A DNA stretch of 64,000 nucleotides, from the NCBI GenBank assembly GCA_963726755.1, contig CAVSDB010000002.1, positions 154,889-218,888 of the forward strand, given 5' to 3'. The notes beneath the pieces are model-generated. The model did not search any database. It had not been told where the DNA came from and was given only the letters and a program-made list of their open reading frames with translations. This stretch comes from an uncultured Actinomycetota bacterium (GTDB lineage Bacteria; Actinomycetota; Actinomycetes; JAHEKZ01). The position numbers were made by a program, and so were the translations under genes. Positions 21,713-34,500 of the stretch are shown piece by piece (position 1 is the first letter of the stretch; each line of letters starts with the position of its first letter).

Positions 21713-23920
21713 CTAGCCGGCTTCGCCGCCTCTTAGGAGGCGGAGGGCTCGCTGTTGCGATGGGTGGCGCAGCAACCAGGTGGTTGCGGACTCACCGTCG
21801 AGCGGGCGACTGACGTACCAACCCTGGATCGCATCGCAGCCGAGTTCGTCGAGCAAGTCCCAGACCTGCTGGGTCTCGACACCTTCGGCGACTGCGCTCA
21901 TGCCCAGACCGTGGGCCAGATCGATGATCGACCGGACGATGGTCACGTCCTCGGAGTCGAGGGTGAGCCGAGAAACGAAGCTGCGGTCGATCTTCAGTTC
22001 AGTGATCGGCATCCGCTTCAGCAGCACCATGGACGAGTACCCGGTGCCGAAGTCGTCGAGGGAACTGGTGACACCGAGTTCACGCAGCGCGCCAAGGGTC
22101 CCCGCGACCTCGTCGGAGTCTCTGGTCAGCACGCGTTCGGTGAGTTCGAGGATGAGCATCGAGGCCGGCACGTCGTGCTTCTCCAGTGCGTCGCTGACCA
22201 CCTTCAGCAGGTCGCCGCTGTGAAGGTCGCGCATCGACACGTTGACGGCGACCGGAACGTGCAAGCCCGCTTGCCGCCAGCGAGCGACCTGCTCGAGCGA
22301 GCGGTCGATCACGTACGCGGTAAGCGGCCCCATCAGCCCCGAGTGCTCGGCCATGGGAATGAAGTCGTCGGGCATCACCAGGCCACGCAGAGGGTGGTGC
22401 CAGCGGACCAGCGCCTCGACGCCGACGACGGCGCCACTCCCGACGGACACCTTGGGCTGGAAGTGGACCTTGAGTTCCTCGTTTTCGAGCCCGTTGCGCA
22501 GACCACCAAGCAACGCGAGTCGCCCAGCGGAGTTCTTGTCGCGGTCAGCGGCGTAAACCTCGACGCCGGTGCGCTCTTCCTTGGCCAGGTACATGGCGAC
22601 GTCGGCTCGTCGGACTATGGGCTCGACGTCTTGGCCGTGCTCGGGGAACACAGCGACGCCAACGCTTGCCTCAAGTTCGAAGAGCATGCCCTCAAGGTGG
22701 AATGGCCTGGTCAGCGCCTCGCGTACCCGCTGCGCGACCTCAACCGCCGCGTCGCAGTCACGGACGGGGTCGAGCAGGACGGCGAACTCGTCACCACCCA
22801 GTCGCGCGACGACGTCTCGGGGACGGAGCGCGCCCTTGATGCGCTGAGCGACCACAGCCAGCAGTCGGTCGCCGACATGGTGGCCGAGCGTGTCGTTGAC
22901 CTCTTTGAACCGGTCAAGGTCGAGCAGGCAGAACCCGACGCTGGTGCCGTTTCGGCGGGCATCCTCGATGGAGTCACCGAGCCGACTCAGCACCATCTTG
23001 CGGTTCGGCAGCCCGGTCAGTGAGTCATGCAGCGACTGGTGCTCCTTCTCACGCGAGATGGACGCCGTTAGGTACACCGCGTAGAGCGGTAGCAGCAGCA
23101 GCGGCAGGTAGACCGGTTCGGCAGCGACGAAGACGACCAGCGGGGACAGCGCGAGCACGGCGAACGTAGTCACGAAGAAGTAGCCAAGCTCGTTGAAAAA
23201 CTCTTCGTGGAACTTGTGACCGTCGCTGGCGGCCAACGTGCACACGAGAGCGTTGTTCACCATGAAGAAGGCAAACCAACCCGAGACGACCCAGATCAAG
23301 TCGCTCGCGACCAAGCCGACCGCGGGGTCGGCAAGCGTGGGCATGCTGACGCCGTCGTAGGCATACCAACCGGCCATGATCGCGGCGGCCGAACCCGCGC
23401 TGATCGTGTACTGACCCACGTTGAACGGAACTTTCCAGGGAGCCTTGCGTCGGGCGATTTCAGCGATGAGGGTTGCGATCGCGAGGAACATCAGCGCTGG
23501 CCACGGGCCGTAGAGGTACATCGCGGCGAACACGAATGCGTGGCTGGTTACGACACCCTGCGGGTCATACCCACCGGCAGCAACGACAGGGCGCAACTCG
23601 CCGAGGAGAATGAGCCCGGCAACCATCCAGAAGGCGGCTGGCGCTTGTGACATCTGCGGGACGGTCTGAACCGCAGCCCAAACAGCCAAAGACACACCGA
23701 CGATGACCGAGAACCACCAACCGACCGCGAACAACGACCACTCGGCGAGCGACGGACGACCTGAGTCCTCGTCTTCGGGCAGCCACGATTCATCGGGTGT
23801 TGCGACACCACCGGGCGCGGTGGTTCCACCGGGCGTTTCGGTCATCACCCACCCTTGCCTTCGTCGACCCGTCTTGAGGCTTTTCGGTCGTGGGCCTGCC
23901 CCAACAGGTCCGGACGTCAC
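21713..23920 (-). CDS. Membrane-anchored GGDEF-EAL protein (diguanylate cyclase/phosphodiesterase)
   Basis: Multi-TM N-terminal region. The GGDEF domain has RLGGDEFAVLL. The EAL domain has ELKIDRSFV and an EGVETQ-type motif. The start could instead be MTETPGG at 23845. Confidence 0.85.
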   Translation of the reverse strand: MTSGPVGAGPRPKSLKTGRRRQGWVMTETPGGTTAPGGVATPDESWLPEDEDSGRPSLAEWSLFAVGWWFSVIVGVSLAVWAAVQTVPQMSQAPAAFWMVAGLILLGELRPVVAAGGYDPQGVVTSHAFVFAAMYLYGPWPALMFLAIATLIAEIARRKAPWKVPFNVGQYTISAGSAAAIMAGWYAYDGVSMPTLADPAVGLVASDLIWVVSGWFAFFMVNNALVCTLAASDGHKFHEEFFNELGYFFVTTFAVLALSPLVVFVAAEPVYLPLLLLPLYAVYLTASISREKEHQSLHDSLTGLPNRKMVLSRLGDSIEDARRNGTSVGFCLLDLDRFKEVNDTLGHHVGDRLLAVVAQRIKGALRPRDVVARLGGDEFAVLLDPVRDCDAAVEVAQRVREALTRPFHLEGMLFELEASVGVAVFPEHGQDVEPIVRRADVAMYLAKEERTGVEVYAADRDKNSAGRLALLGGLRNGLENEELKVHFQPKVSVGSGAVVGVEALVRWHHPLRGLVMPDDFIPMAEHSGLMGPLTAYVIDRSLEQVARWRQAGLHVPVAVNVSMRDLHSGDLLKVVSDALEKHDVPASMLILELTERVLTRDSDEVAGTLGALRELGVTSSLDDFGTGYSSMVLLKRMPITELKIDRSFVSRLTLDSEDVTIVRSIIDLAHGLGMSAVAEGVETQQVWDLLDELGCDAIQGWYVSRPLDGESATTWLLRHPSQQRALRLLRGGEAG

Positions 23921-24000
23921 ACCCGCACCACCCGTCCCCCTTGGGGGTGCTGAACACTCATGGTAACCGGTTATGCGCCGTGAGTGATCCCCCTAACGGC

Positions 24001-26219
<2,219 letters not shown>

Positions 26220-26230
<11 letters not shown>

Positions 26231-27262
26231 CTCTGTCGCGCAGCCGTCGACCTGCGTCCACCACTGCACGGTACGCGGGAGGTACGTCAGTTTGCGAGAC
26301 AGCGCTGAGGCCACACCCCGGCGTGAGAACGACTTGATCCAGGCGCTTGACTTCCAGCCCGGTGCGGTCCCACAGACCTACCACCGGAGCTATGAATTGC
26401 TCGCCCGCAGGCTGTTCGCTAGGCGTCGGAGGATCGGTCGGACCCGGCAGCAACCACCCGCCAGCCTCCACCCACTCTGCCAACTCCACCTCAAGCGGTC
26501 TCGACGTCGAGAACCCGCATGTCCAGACCCAAACCAGCCGCTCCGATTCTCCGAATCAAGCCCACGGGTACCTCGTCTGAACAGCAGTGCACGACCGTTG
26601 CCGTCACATGTTCGTTGGCCGTTGTGACCAGGGCACTCAATACGCGCTCAACTTCCTCAGTTGAGACAGGTGCAACCCGACCCCAACCACTTGCAGTTCC
26701 CATGGCGCCGGACAACACCGACGGCAACAGCGGTTCGTCGAGCTGCAACAGAATGCTCATCGCGGGTAGTCGCCTGGCGATGTCCGACACCCAAGTCGCG
26801 ATCCCCTCGGTCAAACTCTCGGCCAAGTCGCGACGGGCGCCTTCGTCAGCCAGCGGCTCGGTGACCACGGTTCGTCTCGACCGAAGCTGCAAAGGTCAGC
26901 GGGCCGACCACTTGCACCTTGAACCAGCCTGAGTAGCCGCTGAACACCTCTTCGACGACGTCAACGTCCTGAGCCAACAGCGAGCGAGCACGTCGAACGT
27001 CAGCGCCTGGTCGCGTACCCAACCGCCAACCGCGAACATCGAGTTCGGTCGGCACATCCACCAGGAGCGCCGCGCCGCGTCCGACGCTCGTCGCAGCTGG
27101 ACCGCGATCCGGCAGTTCCGCTAGGTAGGGCAGATCGGTCAGCAGATCGGCAATGGACCTGGTCGCTTCCATCGGATCTGACCCGGGCAGCGCCCCGGTC
27201 CCAGTCACCGAGCCGGCTGGCCATCGTTTCGCCGCCGGGGCGTCGGGGTCGATCGAGGTCAC
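26220..27262 (-). CDS. Cobalamin-independent methionine synthase (MetE C-terminal-like) family protein, two frameshifts; Rv3015c-like
   Basis: Three consecutive minus-strand ORFs (26846..27262, 26491..26892, 26220..26489) sit in the position of M. tuberculosis Rv3015c between ligA and mnmA. Confidence 0.55.
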
Positions 27263-28353
27263 CAGGCCCTGGTGATGGTCGCGGACCCAATGACGCGCGT
27301 CTGGTCATAGAGCACCGCGGCCTGCCCGGGAGCAACGCCACGTTGTGGCGCCAGCAACGTCAGGTCGACGTTCGACCCCGCAACCGACGCCGACGCATCG
27401 ACGGCTGAGCCATGGGCGCGCACCTGAACTGCGCAATCGAACGACGTCTCGCCGACGGCGCCGCACCACGTCAGTCGATCGCCACTGATCCGGTCAACTG
27501 CAAGCGCGGACTGCGGACCGACGGTCACGGTGTTACTTACTGGCTCGATCGACAACACGTATCGCGGTGCGCGATCTGGAGCGGCTACCGCCAAGCCCAA
27601 CCCACGTCGTTGACCGACGGTGTAGGCATACGCACCTTCGTGCTCACCGACCACTGCCCCTGTTGTGTCCACGACGACCCCGTGTCGCTCGCCGAGCCGC
27701 TCGGCCAGAAACCCTTTGGTGTCACCGTTCGGGATGAAGCAGATGTCGTGGCTGTCCGGCTTGTCGGCAACGAGCAGTCCCCGTCTTGCCGCGTCAGCTC
27801 GTACGTCGCTCTTCTGCGAGTCGCCTAGGGGAAAGAGTGCGTGCGCTAACTGATGTTCGTTGAGCACCGCAAGGACGTATGACTGGTCCTTCTCAGGGTC
27901 GACTGCTCGGTGAAGTTCGCGCCCCTTCGTGCCGTCGACGATCCGCGCATAGTGACCTGTGCATACGGCGTCGAACCCGAGAGCAAGCGCGCGTTCGAGA
28001 ACGGCGGCGAACTTGATCCGCTCGTTACATCGAAGGCACGGGTTGGGAGTGCGTCCGGCTTCGTATTCGGAAAGGAAATCATCGATGACTTCGTCGCGAA
28101 ATTCTTCGGCAAGATCCCACACGTAGTACGGGATCTCGAGCAGGTCTGCGACGCGTCGCGCGTCACGCGAGTCCTCAAGACTGCAACAGCCACGAGCGCC
28201 GCTTCGGAAAGTTTGCGGGTTCTCACTCAACGCAAGATGAACACCCGTGACGTCGTGTCCGGCGTCGACCGCACGCGCTGCGGCAACGGCTGAATCAACT
28301 CCCCCAGACAGGGCGGCTAGTACACGCATATCGGCCTCGTCAGTGCCCAACAC
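27259..28353 (-). CDS. mnmA: tRNA-specific 2-thiouridylase
   Basis: PP-loop SGGVDSAV..., the catalytic cysteine region and the C-terminal barrel are all present; intact 364 aa. Confidence 0.88.
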   Translation of the reverse strand: MLGTDEADMRVLAALSGGVDSAVAAARAVDAGHDVTGVHLALSENPQTFRSGARGCCSLEDSRDARRVADLLEIPYYVWDLAEEFRDEVIDDFLSEYEAGRTPNPCLRCNERIKFAAVLERALALGFDAVCTGHYARIVDGTKGRELHRAVDPEKDQSYVLAVLNEHQLAHALFPLGDSQKSDVRADAARRGLLVADKPDSHDICFIPNGDTKGFLAERLGERHGVVVDTTGAVVGEHEGAYAYTVGQRRGLGLAVAAPDRAPRYVLSIEPVSNTVTVGPQSALAVDRISGDRLTWCGAVGETSFDCAVQVRAHGSAVDASASVAGSNVDLTLLAPQRGVAPGQAAVLYDQTRVIGSATITRAW

Positions 28354-29527
28354 GGACCGCAGCCCGTGCAGCGCGGGCCCGATCGACCACGGGAGCTATT
28401 ACCTCGATCAGCGCATCAACGTCAGCCTGCTCCGAAGTGTGACCAAGGCTAAAGCGCAACGAAGCCCGCGCGTCTTCCTCGGGGACACCCATCGCCAGCA
28501 GGACGTGGCTCGCCTGGGCTACTCCGGCCGAGCAGGCCGAACCGGTCGAGCAGCAGATGTCTCGGGCGTCGAGCAGCATCAGTAGGGAGTCGCCTTCACA
28601 ACCGGGGAAGGAAACGTGCGCATTGCCAGGCAACCGGTACCGCGGGTCAAAGCGCAGGTCTCCGTGAACCACAGCGTCCGGAACCGCCTCGACCAGTCGG
28701 CTCACCAGATCGTCACGCAATACACCCACTCGCTTCGAACGCTCGACCAGGTCGTGGGTCGCGACAGTCGCTGCAGCTGCAAAACCCGCGATCGCCGGGG
28801 TGTCTAACGTGCCGGAGCGAACGTCACGCTCCTGCCCACCGCCGTGCAGCAACGGTACGGGCGAAGCGTCACGCGACAGCAGAAGTGCGCCCACGCCAAG
28901 CGGACCACCGAACTTATGACCGGTAATCGTCAACGCGTCGACGCCGACTGCGGCAAAGTCCACCGGGAGTACGCCCGCGGCCTGGACGGCATCGGTGTGG
29001 ATCGGCACTCCGGCGGCTCTGGCTAGTTCGGCGCACTCCTCGATTGGCTGCACCGTTCCGACCTCGTTGTTCGCCCACATGACGCTGACCAACGCGACTG
29101 TCTCAGGCTCAAGCAACTCCACACGCAACGCTTCGAGGTCGACGCGTCCGGTTTCGTCGACCGGCAACCACGTGACGTCGGCGCCTTCGTAGTCGACTAG
29201 CCACTGCACCGGATCGATGGCCGCGTGATGCTCAACGGCACTAGCCAGGATTCGGGTGCGACGGACGTCGGCGGCACGCCGCGACCAGTACAGCCCCTTC
29301 AGCGCGAGGTTGTTCGCTTCGGTGCCCCCGCAGGTGAAGACCACTTCGCTGGGGCGGGCACCGAATGATTCCGCGATCTGCTCGCGGCTTTCTTCAACGA
29401 CTCGACGTGCGCGTCGACCTGCGGCATGCAGAGACGAGGCATTGCCAACCTGCCCCAACTGAGCGGTCATAGCCGCCGCAGCCTCGGGCAGGATGGGGGT
29501 GGTCGCCGCGTGATCGAGGTAAGTCAT
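28340..29527 (-). CDS. iscS: Cysteine desulfurase (class V aminotransferase, IscS/NifS-like)
   Basis: [11 protein letters not shown]..., ITGHKFGGP (PLP lysine) and the C-terminal SGSACS active-site loop are present. Confidence 0.85.
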   Translation of the reverse strand: MTYLDHAATTPILPEAAAAMTAQLGQVGNASSLHAAGRRARRVVEESREQIAESFGARPSEVVFTCGGTEANNLALKGLYWSRRAADVRRTRILASAVEHHAAIDPVQWLVDYEGADVTWLPVDETGRVDLEALRVELLEPETVALVSVMWANNEVGTVQPIEECAELARAAGVPIHTDAVQAAGVLPVDFAAVGVDALTITGHKFGGPLGVGALLLSRDASPVPLLHGGGQERDVRSGTLDTPAIAGFAAAATVATHDLVERSKRVGVLRDDLVSRLVEAVPDAVVHGDLRFDPRYRLPGNAHVSFPGCEGDSLLMLLDARDICCSTGSACSAGVAQASHVLLAMGVPEEDARASLRFSLGHTSEQADVDALIEVIAPVVDRARAARAAVRVGH

Positions 29528-29543
29528 CGCGAACGAGTCTAGG

Positions 29544-30497
29544 TCAGCCTTTGCGTTTGACCACTTCGTCGGTCAACTGAGGCAACACCACGTGCAGGTC
29601 CCCGACGACGCCGAAGTCGACGAGGTCAAAGATCGGCGCCTCGGGGTCCTTGTTGACGGCGACGATGGTCTTGGAGGTTTGCATGCCAGCTCGGTGCTGG
29701 ATCGCGCCGGAGATGCCGTTCGCCATGTAGAGCTGCGGCGAGACGGTCTTGCCGGTCTGACCGACCTGGAACTGGTGCGGGTACCAACCTGCGTCGGTCG
29801 CTGCTCGCGAGGCACCGACGGCCGCTCCGAGACTGTCGGCCAGCGCCTCGACGACGCCGAAGCCCTCGGGACCGCCCACGCCACGGCCACCCGAGACGAC
29901 GATTGCCGCCTCGGTCAACTCGGGGCGTCCGGCCCGCTCCTCCATGACTCGCTCGACGATGTGCGCGCCGCGGTCAACATCAGAAAGGTCGACGGCGATG
30001 TCGACCCTGGCACCGGCGGCCGCGACCGCCTCTGGCGCGATTGCGTTCGGGCGGACCGCGATGATCGGCGTGCCGTGCGTGACCTTGGCGTTCACGACGG
30101 TTGAGCCACCGAAGACGGACTGGTTGGTCACCATCGCGTCGCTGACCGAGACGGCGTCGGTGATGACACCGGAGCCGAGTCGAACCGCGAGTCGGCCTGC
30201 GACCTCTTTGCCCTCAGCCGTCGACGAAACCAGGATCGCAGCGGGCGATGCCTGCGCAGCAGCTGCTTGCAGCGCCGCAACCTTGGGAGTCGCGACGTAG
30301 TCATCAACGCCGGCACCGGTGGCGAGGTAGATCTTCTCGGCACCGTTTGCGGTCAGATCGTCGACGGCGTTCTCGCCGCCGTCTCCGACAACCACCGCGC
30401 TCGGCTCACCCATGGTGCGCGCCAGTGTCAGCAGTTCGTGCGTGACCTTCTTGACGTCGCCCTTTGCGTGCTCAACGAGCACCAAGATCTCAGACAT
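29544..30497 (-). CDS. etfA: Electron transfer flavoprotein alpha subunit
   Basis: The FAD-binding C-terminal domain ...[27 protein letters not shown] is present; intact 317 aa. Confidence 0.9.
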   Translation of the reverse strand: MSEILVLVEHAKGDVKKVTHELLTLARTMGEPSAVVVGDGGENAVDDLTANGAEKIYLATGAGVDDYVATPKVAALQAAAAQASPAAILVSSTAEGKEVAGRLAVRLGSGVITDAVSVSDAMVTNQSVFGGSTVVNAKVTHGTPIIAVRPNAIAPEAVAAAGARVDIAVDLSDVDRGAHIVERVMEERAGRPELTEAAIVVSGGRGVGGPEGFGVVEALADSLGAAVGASRAATDAGWYPHQFQVGQTGKTVSPQLYMANGISGAIQHRAGMQTSKTIVAVNKDPEAPIFDLVDFGVVGDLHVVLPQLTDEVVKRKG

Positions 30498-30521
30498 GCG
30501 TGGACTCCTTCGGGAACGACG

Positions 30522-31313
30522 TCAGATGAACTTCTGCGCGGACAAGAACTCGGCGAGCTTCACGCCGCCGTCACCTTCGTCGGTGACGACCGTGCCAGCC
30601 TGCCGTGGCGGCCGCGTTGCAAAGGTCTCGACCCCACTCCATGAACCACCGAGTCCGACCTCGGCAGCGTCTACGCCGAGGTCGCTGAGCGTCAGCGTCT
30701 CGACCGGCTTCTTCTTGGCAGCCATGATCCCCTTGAACGAGGGGTAGCGAGGTTCGTTGATCTTTTCGACGACGCTGATCACTACGGGCAACGTGGCTTC
30801 AACGGTGTCGTAGCCGTAGTCGGTTTGCCGTTGGATCCGCACCGACTGACCGTCGAGGTCGACCTTGTTCGCGAACGTCAACTGCGGACGCCCTAGGCGC
30901 TCGGCCACCATCGCCGGCACGACCGACATCCGAGCATCGGTCGACTCTGAACCCATCAACACGACCTCGGGGCCGAGCCGCTCGATGGCTTGGGCCAACA
31001 CTCGGGACGTGCCGACGGCGTCTGTGCCGTGGAGCGCATCGTCAACGACGTGCACGCCCTGGTCGGCACCCATCTGCAGACCCTTACGGACGCTCTCGAG
31101 CGCCTTTTCCGGTCCCATGCTGAGCACCGTGACAGTGCAGGCGTCGGCGCCGCCAAGTTTTTCTTGGATCTGGAGGGCCTCTTCGATCGCGAACTCGTCG
31201 AGTTCGTTCACGACGGCATCGCTGGCGTCTCGATCCAGGGTGTTGTCTGAGGGATCAAGCTTCTTCTCGGCCCAGGAGTCGGGCACCTGCTTCACACATA
31301 CGACGATGTTCAT
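30522..31313 (-). CDS. etfB: Electron transfer flavoprotein beta subunit
   Basis: Start taken at MNIVVCVKQVPD (31313). The ORF extends upstream to 31496 without homology. Confidence 0.88.
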   Translation of the reverse strand: MNIVVCVKQVPDSWAEKKLDPSDNTLDRDASDAVVNELDEFAIEEALQIQEKLGGADACTVTVLSMGPEKALESVRKGLQMGADQGVHVVDDALHGTDAVGTSRVLAQAIERLGPEVVLMGSESTDARMSVVPAMVAERLGRPQLTFANKVDLDGQSVRIQRQTDYGYDTVEATLPVVISVVEKINEPRYPSFKGIMAAKKKPVETLTLSDLGVDAAEVGLGGSWSGVETFATRPPRQAGTVVTDEGDGGVKLAEFLSAQKFI

Positions 31314-31386
31314 GACGGCTCGCGCCGACCTCCTGTTCTTTGCCCCACTTGCCAAACCCGAGTTGTCAAGAGCATCCGGCCCGCAC

Positions 31387-31431
31387 CCGGTGACGTCACC
31401 GGAAGTCTGCCAGACGGATTGGATCCAATCC
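31387..31431. promoter_or_regulatory. Three abutting palindromes upstream of etfBA: CCGGTGACGTCACCGG, GTCTG-C-CAGAC, GGATTGGATCCAATCC
   Basis: Perfect 16-bp palindrome at 31387..31402, an 11-bp palindrome at 31405..31415 and a perfect 16-bp palindrome at 31416..31431. A fourth TATCA-AA-TGATA lies at 31450..31463. All lie 75-140 nt upstream of the etfB start. Confidence 0.7.
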
Positions 31432-31511
31432 TTAGCCGGGTCATTTTGCCTATCAAATGATAGCCAGTCGCGATTCTCCTGGCGAATGGGCTCCAACCAA
31501 GGGACGAGAGG

Positions 31512-34500
31512 TCACCTGCGTTTGAGGTATAGCGGTTCGGCGATGACTCCGTGGCGTGCGCGGATGCTGTCTCGCTCCGGTACCAGACTCATGAGGCTCC
31601 CACTGCCTGGGACCAACTCTTCAAGCGCATCGATGCACCTCGCCACTTCGATATCCGCGCGGCTGCGTCGCGCGCGGTCCAGTGTCGACTCAATATCCGA
31701 GACCGCCTCAGAGTGTCCGAGCTGCGCCATCGCCAAGCCGGCGAGCCGTGCCGCAGTTACAGCAACCACTTGGTCCGGCGCGAGCGCAGCGAGCGAAGGA
31801 CTGATCTGCCGGTAGAGGTCAAGAGCCGACTCGCTGTTCCAGGCGAGCACGAGAGCCTCGAGTTGATACACCTGGATGTCGAGCAAGGTGCGGGGGTCCA
31901 ATGACCCCCTCGCCTGGTCGACCACATCGGCAATCTCCTGGGCCGCCTTGGCCGCCTCCACCGTCCCTGACTCTCTCGCTCGCCCTCGCAGTAAGGATGC
32001 CTGAGCCAAGTGCGACAACGGCCCGCCTGCGGCCCGGAGCACGCGTTCGCAGTTCACGTTCATCTCTGCCGCCATCTGCAGGTGCCCCTGTTCAAGCACA
32101 ATGCCCGCTCGGTTGAGGCGGGTGATGGCTTCCCCGACGACGGTCCCACTGCGGCTGAACGCCTCCTCCGCCTCAGCGAAGCTTGCCAGGGCTGCCGGCC
32201 AATCGCCGCGAAACATCTGATCGGTTCCGAGGTCTAAGAGCGAGGCTCCGAGCAACTCGCCGGCATCCTCGACCCGAAGAATCTCAATCGCCTCCTTGAC
32301 GGCGATTTCGGCATCCCGGCGATGCGCCAAGGTTCGCGACAGGTATGCCTGCAGAAGGGCTTCGGCCAGGAGCACCGGACTGTCCAAGACGCGAGCTTGG
32401 CTAAGGGCATGCTCGGCGTCGGCGCTGCTCTCCTGGGATTTCTCTTGGAAGCATCGGGCCGAGGCACGCTCGATCAACAGTCGCGTCCGTACCTCCAAGG
32501 ATGTGCGTCCCGAGACGCCATCCAGCAGATGGAGACCTTGGTTTGCCCATCGGACGGCCAACGAGTACTGGCCACGCCGACCTTCGACCTGACTACGCAA
32601 AGCAAGGACACGCGCTTGTTCTACCGCGCTCCTCCCCTGCAGCGCCCTCCCGAACGATCGCGAGGCGTCGGCCTGGTCTCCCGCCATGGCCTGCGCTGCT
32701 GCTAGCCGTTCCCAGGTCCGTGCTTGGTAACGCGAAGAGCGACCAGCGCGGGCGCTTGAGACAACGGAGAATCTCGCGCACTCGACGGCCTCTTGTGCCG
32801 CCCCAAGTCTCAACGCCGCCTCGTAGGCGCGGTCTAGCCAAGGTAGGGCTGCGCCATCACGCCGGCCCATCGCCAGGTGTCGACCTACCAGCGCCGCGGA
32901 AATCGACTGGCGGTCCTCGGCATTGCCGGCGGCTTTTGACAACGCGCGCCCGGCCCGAGCATGAATTCGGAGTCGCTCAGCGTGCGGCAAGCCTTCGTAG
33001 GCCACCAGCCGGACCAGATCGTGGCGAAAGGTGAGGCCGTCTCCATTGACGACGACGAACTCGGCAAGTGCGTCCCACCCACCCCGCAACTGAGACAGAT
33101 CACGATCAACTGACTGCGCAATGAGTGCGTGAGAGGGCTCAGCCCCCAGCACGGAAACCTGCCGCAACAATCGCCGGTCGGCTGGCGCGAGCCGATCGAT
33201 CCGGGCGCCGATCGTGCGTTCAGCCGAAACCGGCAGCGAGTCACTGCTCGCACCGCCAGCCACATAGGTGGCTAGCTGAGCTGCGAAGAGTGGGCTGCCA
33301 GCAGCACGGCGAACAATGGCGGAGACATCGGCGTCGCTCAGGGCTCGCTCGCCGGCCGCGTTCACCGCGATCTGCTCCAACACCGCGTCACTCAACGGCT
33401 CCAAATGCACCTCTTCGGAGTCCTCCCACAGACGGGGTGAGTCGGGGCGCCTGGTGGCGACCATCAACCAACCTGATTCCAGGAGCACCCGCTGCAAATG
33501 CTGCAAGAGGCCGCGTGAGGCTGCGTCGAGCCAGTGCGCATCCTCGATCACGATCATTCCGGGAGGTGCCGCTTGCTCGCGGATCAGATCGCCGACCGCG
33601 TATGCCGTGAGGTCGCCCACTCGCGAGGGATCAATCGCCGCGACCTCGGGCGTGCTCGAGGTCGGTACTCCGAGTACCGCTGCGATCAGCGGCAACACCG
33701 CGGAAAGTTCAGCCGGAACAACACTCTGCAGCGTGGACTCCGAGGATAGGTCGGGCAGGTTAGGTGAGCGCGTCTCAACGAGGTTGCGTAGCGGACGCTG
33801 AACAGCACGGTAGGGCAGCGTCGTTCCATAAACGTCTCCGAAGATCGTGGCAGTCGGCTCTCCTGCCCCCCTTAAGAAGGCGGTCAGGAGCTGGGTCTTA
33901 CCACTCCCTGGCGCTCCCACGATTTCCACACTTGCCCCGCGCCCCGCACGGTGGTTGGCCAGCGCCTCATTCAACGTAGCCAGTTCGGCTTCACGACCGA
34001 CAAAGAAGGCATCCGCACGCAGTACCGGCGCCTCCACCGGATCCCCCACGCTGATCGCCAGGACCGGAACTCGCTTACCCTTCAGGGCCAACATCAGGCT
34101 GCCGGCCACCGCGTATCGACCACGAGACCGAGCCATCACCGCCTCGCTGGCAAGAACCTGCCCTAGGGACGCGGCAGCTGCCAGACGTGCGGCCGTATTG
34201 ATGGTGTCACCCAAGGTGGCATAGGTCCGGCGGAGCGGGTGTCCGACGTCTGCGGTGAAGGCCGTTCCGCTGTGGACTCCCACGGCTAGACGTCCGGTGG
34301 GGTCCCGCTCCACCATGCGTCGGACAGCTGCCAACATCAGTAACTCATCGTCATCGGATTGCACCGGCACTCCGGTGAACAGGAGGATCTTCGCGCCATG
34401 GCGACTGACGTCCGTCTCGTAGACCGATACGCCCATCTCGTCCTCGACCGAAGCGACGGTCGCCATCGCCTTGAGCAGTGTCGCTGCGCGGTCCTGGAGT

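Noticed and set aside
23936-23973. Short perfect palindromes CCCCCTTGGGGG (23936..23947) and TAACCGGTTA (23964..23973) between the ligA 3' end and the GGDEF gene start
   Set aside because: They are short, isolated, and not followed by a U-tract on the relevant strand. They could be a weak ligA terminator, but there is insufficient evidence to call one.
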